In this document: positions 47,290 to 57,865 of the stretch, piece by piece
How positions within the stretch are numbered: position 1 is the first letter of the stretch
Layout of the letters: each line of letters starts with the position of its first letter
Assembly (NCBI RefSeq): GCF_039654945.1
Contig: NW_027361688.1
Coordinates: forward strand, 1,736,001 to 1,800,000
DNA: 64,000 nt
Direction: 5' to 3'
Origin: Dendrobates tinctorius
Taxonomy: Eukaryota
Made by a program: the position numbers and the translations under genes
The notes under the pieces: generated by a model
Seen by the model: the letters and a program-made list of their open reading frames with translations, nothing else
The model's database searches: none
Told to the model about the DNA's origin: nothing

Positions 47290-49775
47290 TGTCACGGGGT
47301 TGGCACTGTGCCTTGTACTGTCAGGGTGCTAGGCACTGTGCCAAATCCTGTTGGGGGGGTAGGCACTGTGCCTTTTAGTGTTGGGGGTTAGGGACTATGT
47401 TTTGTACTGTCGGGGTGTAGGCGCTATGTCTTGTACTGTCGGGGTGTAGGCGCTATGTCTTGTACTGTCGGGGTGTAGGCGCTATGTCTTGTACTGTCGG
47501 GGTGTAGGCGCTATGTCTTGTACTGTCGGGGTGTAGGCGCTATGTCTTGTACTGTCGGGGTGTAGGCGCTACGTCTTGTACTGTCGGGGTGTAGGCGCTA
47601 TGTCTTGTACTGTCGGGGTGTAGGCGCTGCGTCTTGTACTGTCGGGGTGTAGGCGCTGCGTCTTTTACTGTCGGGGTGTAGGCGCTGCGTCTTTTACTGT
47701 CGGGGTGTAGGCGCTGCGTCTTTTACTGTCGGGGTGTAGGCGCTGCGTCTTGTACTGTCGGTGCGCAGGCGCTGCGTCTTGTACTGTCGGTGCGCAGGCG
47801 CTGCGTCTTGTACTGTCGGTGGGCAGGCGCTGCGTCTTGTACTGTCGGTGGGCAGGCGCTGCGTCTTGTACTGTCGGTGGGCAGGCGCTGCGTCTTGTAC
47901 TGTTGGGGGGGAAGGCGCAGTGCCCTGTACTGTTGGGGGGGCAGGCGCAGTGCCCTGTACTGTTGGGGGGGGCAGGCGCAGTGCCTTGTACTGTTGGGGG
48001 GGTAGGCGCAGTGCCTTGTACTGTTGGGGGGGAGGGTAGGCGCAGTGCCTTGTACTGTTGGGGGGGAGGGTAGGCGCAGTGCCTTGTACTGTTGGGGGGG
48101 AGGGTAGGCGCAGTGCCTTGTACTGTTGGGGGGGAGGGTAGGCGCAGTGCCTTGTACTGTTGGGGGGGAGGGTAGGCGCAGTGCCTTGTACTGTTGGGGG
48201 GGAGGGTAGGCGCAGTGCCTTGTACTGTTGGGGGGGAGGGTAGGCGCAGTGCCTTGTACTGTTGGGGGGGGTAGGCGCAGTGCCTTGTACTGTTGGGGGG
48301 GGGTAGGCGCAGTGCCTTGTACTGTTGGGGGGGCAGGCGCAGTGCCTTGTACTGTTGGGGGGGTAGGCGCAGTGCCTTGTACTGTTGGGGGGGAGGGTAG
48401 GCGCAGTGCCTTGTACTGTTGGGGGGGAGGGTAGGCGCAGTGCCTTGTACTGTTGGGGGGGAGGGTAGGCGCAGTGCCTTGTACTGTTGGGGGGGAGGGT
48501 AGGCGCAGTGCCTTGTACTGTTGGGGGGGGTAGGCGCAGTGCCTTGTACTGTTGGGGGGGGGGTAGGCGCAGTGCCTTGTACTGTTGGGGGGGGGGGTAG
48601 GCGCAGTGCCTTGTACTGTTGGGGGGGGTAGGCGCAGTGCCTTGTACTGTTGGGGGGGGGGTAGGCACAGTGCCTTGTACTGTTGGGGGGGTAGGCACAG
48701 TGCCTTGTACTGTTGGGGGGGTAGGCGCAGTGCCTTGTACTGTTGGGGGGGTAGGCGCAGTGCCTTGTACTGTTGGGGGGGTAGGCGCTGTGCCTTATAC
48801 TGTCGAGGGGTAGGTTCTTCACCTTGTACTATCGGGGAGTAGGTTCTGTGCCTTGTACTGTCAGGAGGTAGGTTCTGTGCCTTGTACTGTCGGGAGGTAG
48901 GTTCTGTGCCTTGTACTTTCAGGAGGTAGGTTCTCCACCTTGTATTATCCCCCACAGTACAAAGAGCAGAACCTATCGGGGGGTAGGTGTTGTGCCGTTG
49001 GGGGGGGGTAAGCACTGTGCCTTGTATTGTCGGGGGGCTAGGCTCTGCGCCTTATACTGTCGGGGGGCTAGGCTCTGCGCCTTATACTGTCGGGGGGCTA
49101 GGCTCTGCGCCTTATACTGTCGGGGGGCTAGGCTCTGCGCCTTGTACTGTCGGGGGGCTAGGCTCTGCGCCTTGTACTGTCGGGGGGCTAGGCTCTGCGC
49201 CTTGTACTGTCGGGGGGCTAGGCTCTGCGCCTTGTACTGTCGGGGGGCTAGGCTCTGCGCCTTGTACTGTCGGGGGGCTAGGCTCTGCGCCTTGTACTGT
49301 CGGGGGGCTAGGCTCTGCGCCTTATACTGTCGGGGGGCTAGGCTCTGCGCCTTATACTGTCGGGGGGGGGTGAGCACTGTGCCTTGTACTGTCGGGGGGG
49401 CTAGGCTCTGCGCCTTATACTGTCGGGGGGGCTAGGCTCTGCGCCTTATACTGTCGGGGGGCTAGGCTCTGCGCCTTATACTGTCGGGGGGCTAGGCTCT
49501 GCGCCTTATACTGTCGGGGGGCTAGGCTCTGCGCCTTATACTGTCGGGGGGCTAGGCTCTGCGCCTTATACTGTCGGGGGGCTAGGCTCTGCGCCTTATA
49601 CTGTCGGGGGGCTAGGCTCTGCGCCTTATACTGTCGGGGGGCTAGGCTCTGCGCCTTATACTGTCGGGGGGCTAGGCTCTGCGCCTTATACTGTCGGGGG
49701 GCTAGGCTCTGCGCCTTATACTGTCGGGGGGCTAGGCTCTGCGCCTTATACTGTCGGGGGGCTAGGCTCTGCGCT
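47290..49775 (+). repeat. Compound 29-34 bp G-rich minisatellite with successive sub-arrays
   Basis: All units share TGTACTGT(C/T)GGG..AGGC; distinct variants are homogenised in blocks. Confidence 0.95.
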
Positions 49776-50605
49776 GCACTTTTGTGTTTTATAATGGACG
49801 GTAGGAGTTGACGGGCCCCTGAAGTAGGGCGGATTGTAGGTCCCCTGTAGTTTGGCCTAATCTTCTATTCTTTTAGTTTCCTATTGCCTAATTGGAATGG
49901 GCCTGAACAAGTCTGCGCAGTACGGAGAGGCAGTACACTGTATCTGTCAGAACATCCTGTCATCGCCATGGTTACTCAGACAGCAAGTGGATGAAGTGAA
50001 TGCTTGGCAACCTGTAGTAGCATTTCCTGGAGGTGTGTGATACTGGTTGTACTGGTCGGATCGAGTGTGAGGTCCGCAGAGGTTCTTGCCCGAAAGCTGA
50101 TCTCTGGGAGAAAATAAATATCGTCCCCTTCACCTAAATTACACTTCAAATCCCCGCTCCTCAGTCACCTCCCACAGTTTTTCCCACTTTTTTCAAATTT
50201 TTTTTTTTACCATTTTTTTTGTATCTTGTCACTTTATTACTAGATGGAGGCCGGATGCTATCTCATCAGGAGAGGGGGCAGGCTTTGCAGCGTTGAGAAT
50301 CCCCCTCCCCCCCATGTGCTCACCCACCTATCCACTCTCTCATTCCCCATGTGCTGACTTCTCTCGTCTGTGCTCTCTGTGACCTTTCTACCCCATGTTC
50401 TATCCCCTTTGTCTGCTGTCTCTCTCCTTCCTGTGCTGTGTTCTCCCCCCTGTGCTCTGTCTCTCACCCCTGTGTCTGACCATGTACAGAACATACCACA
50501 GCTCCTGGGCAGGGGAGGAAGCAAAAGACAATACTGACATTACAGCAGGAGATCGCAGAAGATACATTTTCTGAGGTAAAATATTGTTTAAAAATAGTGA
50601 AATAT

Positions 50606-50748
50606 TTTCTCCTTCGTCTCATTGGGGGACACAGAGACTGTGGGTGTGTGCTTCTGCCGTCTGGAGGCTGACACTAAGTATACAAAAAAGAGTTAGCTCC
50701 TCCTCCGCCGCATACACCCTCGCCCCCAGACCGGGCGTAACTCAGTTT
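50606..50748 (+). repeat. DIRS left inverted terminal repeat
   Basis: Reverse complement of 56623-56753 apart from one A-run length. Confidence 0.93.
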
Positions 50749-51322
50749 TTTGCTTAGTGTCTGATGGAGGCACACGCAGTCTGGAGCTCCAGACTAGGTT
50801 TTTTTTTTTTTTTTTCCCTCTATGAAGATAAGACAGGGGCGACGGATCCTATAGAGAGGATCCGATCTCCCCAAATCATCAACGGGCGACCACGTGTGAG
50901 TAACCCTCCACGTGTTTCTCTCCCGCACCGAGGGACACATCTGGGACTTTTCCCCAGACAACTATTTTTCTTTTTTATTTTGAAAGAGGCGGCAACGCAT
51001 CCTGATAAGAGGATTGCGGTTTCCCCATCGTCCCCAACGGGCGAGCACGTGTGAGCGATCCTCCACGTTGTTCTCTCCTGCAACGTGGAAATGCCCCTAC
51101 CACCCCTAGGTAGTGAGTCCAGGGGTGGAGTTGGAGGCGCAGGTAAGCCAGGGATTGAAGCGGAGAGCGGTACAGTAGCCTCCCCCTCCCTGCCCAGGGA
51201 TGGGGTTGAGAAGCACCTCCGTGGAGCCCCCTCGGCGGCCCGGCTCACCTTTGGTTGATCAGGCCGGGACCAGCCATCTCTCACCCGGCGCTGCCCCCGG
51301 TGGGTAAGCAGGAGATCCGTGA

Positions 51323-51760
51323 GCGCGCGCCCGCCGACTTCCGGGGGCGGAGAGCGGCGGGCGCGCACAGTGACCGGGGAGCTCCCGCCCCCTCCCTCCA
51401 ACGCCGCACGTGGAGTGCGGCCAGAGCCCCGCGGGCGGCCACGGTCCCCGCTGTATGGGGAGGTCCGGAGTCCGCGCGCCCGCCGACTTCCGGGGATGGC
51501 CGGAAGCCCCGCCCACTAACTTCCGGGGGCGGAGAGCGGCAGGCGCGCACAGTGACCGGGGAGCTCCCGCCCCCTCCCTCCAACGCCGCACGTGGAGGGC
51601 GGCCAGAGACCCGCGGGCGGCCACGGTCCCCGCTGTATGGGGAGGTCCGGAGTCCGCGCGCCCGCCGACTTCCGGGGATAGCCGGAAGCCCCGCCCACTA
51701 ACTTCCGGGGGCGGAGAGCGGCGGGCGCGCACAGTTACCGGGGACCTCCCGCCCCCCTCC
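51323..51760 (+). repeat. 182-bp GC-rich tandem repeat (~2.3 copies) in the DIRS leader
   Basis: CTTCCGGGGGCGGAGAGC at 51338, 51520 and 51702. Confidence 0.92.
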
Positions 51761-51952
51761 TTGCATTTCCTCGCCGAAGTGGGGCCGGAAGCCACCCCCT
51801 ATCTCCTGGAGTGCGAGTGCCCCAGCGGGTAACGCTGCACGGAAGAGACGCAAAGTTGGGCCATTACCGGTGGGTAAGTGCATCCCCGTTGCGAGTGCCG
51901 CACTAGTAGTCAAGGAAGAGGTTATCCTCCTCCTCCTACCCTACCTTGCAAT

Positions 51953-53398
51953 ATGTCTGGCAAAGGGAAAGCTCACTCTTTCCTATACGCTGTTTGCGTT
52001 TCCTGTGGGGTCAGGCTGCCTAAAGCACAGCCGGGTAAATTTTGTGAAGCCTGCGAGTCGGAGCGAGCCCAGGAGCCCCCCATTGTTGCAGAGCCCAGAG
52101 GTCAGGACCCTCCAGAATGGGCGGTGTCTTTATCAAACTCTATGATATCCCTTACAAAGGCAATTGAGTCTCTCCAAGGCCCAGGTAGGGACAAGGATGG
52201 TGGTCTGCCAGCGGAAGACAGCTCGTCCACGTCTCAGGACCCTCCGACCGTTAGAGGCCGCTCCAGCACCAGACAAGCTCATAGCAAAAGAGCTCGTTCC
52301 CCGTCGGCCGGACCCTCTGGGGCTTCGGTGGCGGGTATTAGGGTATCTCGTTCCCCGTCGCCGAGCTCAGGAAGCGAGCAGGATGAGGGCGAGGAGGAGG
52401 AGGAGGCCTGGAATCCAGAAAGCCTGGGATACCAAGACTCGGTGGACAGCCTCATTGAGGCAGTCAACCAGACTTTAGAGATCGAGGACGATGTGTCCAC
52501 GGCCTCAGGTCACAAGGTCTCCTTCAAAAAGACCAGGCGACCGCATAGAAGGTTTGCCACGCATCCGGAGTTCGAGGAGCTAGTTCAGAAGCATAGGGAA
52601 CACCCGGATAAGCGTTTTGCAATGCAAAAAGCGCTGCAAGCTAAGTATCCGTTTCCTCCTGAACTCCATAAGGGATGGGTGGAGTCGCCAGTAGTGGACC
52701 CACCGGTATCTCGTTTAGCGTCAAGATCGCTATTGTCGATACCCAGCGGTTCTTCTATCAAGGACCCAACTGATCGCCTTATAGAGGGGCTTGCCCGCTC
52801 GGTGTATGAGGCAGCGGGGTCGGCCCTTGCCCCCTCCTTTGCGGCTACTTGGGTGGCTAAGGCCATGGTTTCGTGGGCGGACGCTCTGCAGAATGCCCTC
52901 CAAGACAGAGACCTGCCTGCGGAGGTCTTGGAGGTGACAAATCAGATCTTAGGGGCAAGTGATTTTCTCGTCAGCGCCTCTCTGGACGCGGCCGAGTGTT
53001 CTGCGGTGGCAGCAGCAAATGCGATCGCCATTAGGCGAGCATTATGGCTGAGATTGTGGAAGGCGGATTCTATCTCCAAAAAGTCCTTGACCTCATTGCC
53101 GTTTCAGGGCAATCGGTTGTTCGGTGAGAAGCTTGATAAGCTTATCTCAGAAGCCACAGGGGGGAGGAGTAGTTTCCTCCCGCAGCAGAGGACTTGACCA
53201 GCATTCAGGCAGACACAGAGGCGTTTTCGGCCTTTTCGTAACCCCTGGAGGGGGTCTTCGGCCAGAGCATCCACCTCCGCAAATGATGGTCAGATTAGGA
53301 AAAGGCAAATCTCTTACAGAGCCAATCCGCTGGGTAGAGGCCGAGGCCGTTTGCCAAGAACAAGGGGGGCCAGATCCCAAAAGCCTCCAGCAAAATGA
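51953..53398 (+). pseudogene. DIRS ORF1 (gag-like; CxxC..CxxC finger, LAP2alpha-like domain)
   Basis: MSGKGK..CVSC..CEAC; VDPPVSRL, IKDPTDR, WLRLWKAD, LPFQGNRLFG. Premature TGA at 53195; an Arg-rich tail continues in frame to TGA 53396. Confidence 0.85.
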
Positions 53399-55299
53399 CT
53401 CGAGGCGCTTAGTACCTTCGGACGACAGAGTGGGCGGACGCCTACTAAAGTTCAGCCACGTTTGGGTCGCAGTGGCACGCGACGCTTGGGTGGCAGAATT
53501 GATATCGTCCGGGTACAAGATAGAGTTTCTCAGGCTCCCGCCACGGCGATTCTTCCGTTCCCGGCTTTCCGGAACAGAGTCGCAGGCGGAGAGTTTGTTA
53601 CAGGCCATAATGACGCTACAGCGCAACGGGGTCATTGTCCCAGTACCGAAAAGCGAAGAGACACAAGGTTTTTACTCCAACCTGTTTTCGGTCCCCAAAA
53701 AGGACGGGACAGTAAGGCCAGTATTAGATCTAAAAATCCTAAACAAATTCATCAGAGTCAGGCGGTTCCGGATGGAATCCCTCCGTTCGGTCATTGCAGC
53801 CATGGATCCAGGGGAGTTCCTGGCCTCGATCGATGTGCAGGATGCATATCTGCACATTCCGATTTTTCCTCCACACCAGAGGTTCCTGCGTTTTGCGATC
53901 GGAGGGCGACATTTTCAATTTGTTGCTCTGCCCTTCGGTCTGGCCACTGCTCCCAGAGTCTTTACGAAGATAATGGCGGTGGTTATGGCCATCCTGCATG
54001 CTCGGGGCATAACGGTACTACCTTACCTGGACGACCTTTTGGTAAAGGGGCCGTCCTTTCAGGCGTGCCAGGAGAATGTCAGTATCTCGCTGGATACCCT
54101 GGCGCGTCTAGGCTGGTTGATCAATCGGAACAAATCGTCCTTGGTTCCAGCCCAGAGAATTGTATTCCTAGGCATGGTTTTCAACACCCGGGGGCTGGTG
54201 ATCCTCCCTCAGGACAAAGCGCGAAAGATCAAACAGGGGGTACGGAACCTTCTACAGCCAGGCTCCAGATCCATCCGGTACGGCATGAGTGTGTTGGGCA
54301 GAATGGTGGCGGCGATGGAGGCAATCCTGTTTGCCCAGTTCCATCTCCGTCCGCTTCAGCATGCGCTCTTGTCAGCATGGGACAGAAGGTTGCTATCCCT
54401 CAGTCATCGGTGCAATTTTTCTCCGCTGGTCCGACAATCACTCCGGTGGTGGACTCGCGACTCGTCTCTTGTCCAGGGGAAACCCTTTCCCCCGGAACAG
54501 TGGTTGGTGGTGACGACCGATGCAAGCCTGCAAGGTTGGGGAGCAGTTTTCCAGAGTCACACAGCCCAGGGGCGGTGGTCCATTCAGGAGATAATTCTCC
54601 CGATCAACATTCTGGAGATACGGGCAATACGATTGGCCCTGCAACATTTTCAGTGTTTCCTGAGACACCGGCCGGTGCGCATTCAGTCGGACAATGCTAC
54701 AGCAGTAGCATATGTCAACCATCAGGGGGGCACGCGCAGCCAAACAGCCATGCGCGAGGTTGGACTGGTACTGCGTTGGGCCGAAAAGAACCACGTGGTA
54801 ATTTCAGCGGTGCACATTCCGGGAGTCGAAAACTGGGCGGCAGATTTTCTCAGCCGACGGGGTCGCGGCAGGGGAATGGTCCCTGCACCCCGAGGTTTTT
54901 CAACAGATCTGCCAACGGTGGGGGACACCAGACGTGGACCTTATGGCATCCAGAGAGAACGCCAAAGTGCAAAGGTTCGTCGCTCGATCCCTCGACCCGC
55001 AGGCGATCGCAGCAGACGCTCTGGTGCTTCCATGGAGCCAGTTTCGTCTCCCATACTTGTTCCCCCCGCTACCTCTGCTTCCAAGGGTAATCAGAAAGTT
55101 AAGGAGAGAGAAGGTTCCAGCAATTCTGCTAGCGCCAGACTGGCCTCGGAGGGCCTGGTATGCAGATCTGGTTCAGCTAGTGGTGGACGTACCCTGGCGT
55201 CTACCAGATCGACCGGACTTGCTGTCCCAGGGGCCGATCTACCATCCGAACTTAGGGGCCCTGTGTTTGACGGCGTGGCCATTGAATCTTGACTGTTAA
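53124..55299 (+). pseudogene. DIRS pol: reverse transcriptase, RNase H, Dam-like methyltransferase
   Basis: PKKDG..RPVLDL, LPFGL, YLDD, TTDAS, INILE, SDNATAV, DLMAS, YLFPP; one frameshift near 54860. Confidence 0.92.
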
Positions 55300-56317
55300 C
55301 ACAGGCAGGATTCAGGCGCGATGTGGTGGCCACGATGGTGAGTGCCCGAAAACCTTCCTCGGCGAAGGTATATCATCGGACTTGGGAAGTTTTTTTCCGT
55401 TGGTGTAGGGATCGCGGAGTGGCTCCTCTGGTTTTTTCAACCCCCAACGTACTGGCTTTTTTGCAGGCAGGGTTGGACGCAGGGCTGGCTCCGAGTTCGC
55501 TCAGGACGCAAATCTCGGCCCTGTCGGTCCTTTTTCAACGAAAGGTCGCTTCGGTCTGGCAGGTTAAGACGTTTATGCAGGGGGTCGCACATTTAGTACC
55601 CCCCTATAAGGCGCCGACGGAATCATGGGACCTGAACTTGGTGCTCAGAGCCCTTCAGGAGCCCCCTTCGAACCCTTGCAAGAAGTCTCCTTACCTTACC
55701 TGTCCAGAAAAGTCGTTTTTCTGGTAGCTATTACGTCTATTAGGCGGGTTTCGGAATTGGCGGCTTTATCTTGTAAACCGCCGTTCTTGACTTTTTATAA
55801 GGATAAGGTAGTTTTAAGGCCAGCTCCCCCCTTCTTGCCGAAGGTTGTCTCTGCATTCCATATCAACGAAGACATTGTCTTACCTTCGTTTTGCCCGGCA
55901 CCGGTGCACAAGGTAGAAAAGGCTTTGCACACACTGGATCTGGTAAGAGCTCTTAGGAGGTATGTGACAAGGACAGCATCTTTCCGCCGGACAGACTCTC
56001 TATTCGTGATCCCAGAAGGGAGACGGAAGGGGCTTGCTGCGTCCAAAGCGACTTTGGCCAGATGGGTTCGCCTGACGATTCAGGAATCTTATGAAATCAG
56101 TGGCACGCCGGTTCCGGCAGGGATCAAGGCACACTCGGCTCGAGCAGTGGGTGCCTCATGGGCACTGCGACACCAAGCTTCAGCGGAACAGGTGTGCAAA
56201 GCAGCTACCTGGTCCAGTTTGCATACGTTTGTCAAACATTATAACGTACATACCCAGGCATCCTCGGATGCAAGCCTGGGAAGAAAGATTCTTCAGGCAG
56301 CAGTTGCGCACCTCTAA
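55293..56317 (+). pseudogene. DIRS tyrosine recombinase domain
   Basis: ITSIRRVSEL (R), HSAR (HxxR), ATWSS, KHY (Y); frameshift in the C-run at ~55665. Confidence 0.92.
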
Positions 56318-56382
56318 TCAGGGGCGCAAAGTAGCATGGATTGGGTGAGCTAAGATCCCGCCCAGGGACTGCTTTAGAACGT

Positions 56383-56485
56383 CCCACAGTCTCTGTGTCC
56401 CCCAATGAGACGAAGGAGAAACATGGATTTTTGTGAGTACTCACCGTAAAATCCTTTTCTCCGAGACGCTCATTGGGGGACACAG
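56383..56485 (+). other. DIRS internal complementary region (ICR)
   Basis: First half is complementary to the element 5' end and second half to the 3' end, joined at AAA 56419-21. Confidence 0.93.
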
Positions 56486-56622
56486 CACCCACCCTATTAG
56501 CCAGTTGGCATCTATTTATTTTGAATTATACAAATCCTTATGTAAGGATCAGGGTGGTCCCTTTTCCAGACGTATAATTTCTTGCCTGAGTTTAAGGCGC
56601 GTTCTCCTACTGCTTATGCACT

Positions 56623-56804
56623 AAACTGAGTTACGCCCGGTCTGGGGGCGAGGGTGTATGCGGCGGAGGAGGAGCTAACTCTTTTTTTGTATACTTAGTG
56701 TCAGCCTCCAGACGGCAGAAGCACACACCCACAGTCTCTGTGTCCCCCAATGAGCGTCTCGGAGAAAAGGATTTTACGGTGAGTACTCACAAAAATCCAT
56801 GTTT
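56623..56804 (+). repeat. DIRS right inverted terminal repeat with 3' extension
   Basis: Inverted copy of the left repeat plus an extension matching the ICR. Confidence 0.93.
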
Positions 56805-57865
56805 ACCTCACAAAATGAATCCTCTGTGATCCCCTGCTGTAATGTCAGTATTGTCTTTTGCTTCCTCCCCTGCCCAGGAGATGTGGTATTCTCCGTACAC
56901 GGTCAGACACAGACAAATTTTAAAAATGAACTTTTGTTTGTGGGAAAACTCCTTTAATGTGACCGGCTTCCTCTGCCTGTAGACACGTCTCGCATCCGCC
57001 GCCAGGTTCAGCCAAATGATTCACTGCGCCTGCGCGGAATTCTCACAGGCGCAATGCGACGGTGTTCTGCTGGTGGTACCGCGCAAGAGGGCGCGTGATT
57101 GTGGTGCGACGGTGTTCCTTTGGTAGTACAACACAATAGGCTGGTAGCAGCAGCAGTTTCCACATTGAGACACCCATCACTTGGGTGTCCCAATATGGCG
57201 GTCTGTGAACTTCCTCCGCTTGGAATTCTAGGATACGGTGACATCTGAACAGAACAGGAAAATGAAAACATTACATGGCAATTATATAAATAGATTTATT
57301 ATCTTTTTTGTGTGTAATTTTGCATGATTATTTTTTATTAATATTTTTTTCCACTTTTTTCTTATATATAATTTAGCATTTTTGTGGGGTTTTTATTTTG
57401 CAATTTTGCTTTTTTATTGTCCCTTTTTTTGCAGTTTTGAATTTTTATATTTTTTTAATTTTATATTTTTTAATTATCTTTTTATTTTTTTTGTGATGAA
57501 TTCCGGATTTTTTATTTTTTGTGGGGGAAATTTACATTTTTTATTATATATTTTTTTGTGTGTGTCATTTTGCATGTTTGTTTTTGGTTATCCTTATTAT
57601 TTTTTTGCAATTTTTGCATTTATCTATTTAGATTTTAAAAATGTTTTATTACTTAGTAACGTTGTATTTTTTATTATCGTTTTATTAATTTTATATGGAA
57701 TTCAGCATTTGTTATTTTTGGGGAATTTTGCATTTGTATATTCAATTGTCAATTTTTTCTTTTGAATTTTGCATTTTGTGTTTATTTCCTCACTTACTTT
57801 CAATAGCAATATTGCATTATGTTTTGGTTTTTTTGTGTCGGGGGGGGGGGGGGGGGGGGCACACA

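Larger units (their letters stand above)
50606..56804 (+). mobile_element. DIRS1-type tyrosine-recombinase retrotransposon, structurally complete
   Basis: Inverted terminal repeats, an internal complementary region, gag-RT/RH/MT-YR ORFs, TTT at both junctions and no TSD. Confidence 0.97.
50470..56953. mobile_element. Palindromic TTAA-type MITE split by the DIRS insertion
   Basis: Arm 50470-50585 is the inverted copy of 50601-05 plus 56802-56912; right end ACTCCT|TTAA; left terminus not resolved. Confidence 0.75.

Noticed and set aside
47665-49435. Pro-rich extensin-like ORFs
   Set aside because: G-run minisatellite with frame-shifting unit lengths.
50880-51095. Hammerhead, HDV or hairpin ribozyme in the DIRS leader
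   Set aside because: CTGATAAGA is not CTGANGA with valid stems; minus-strand AGAGAAAC lacks the loop B partner strand; no HDV nested pseudoknot could be built by eye.
57280-57840. Phe-rich hydrophobic ORF 57382-57765
   Set aside because: T-rich low-complexity DNA; similar AT-rich tracts occur at 9480-9780, 16300-16450, 19000-19280 and 30200-30670.
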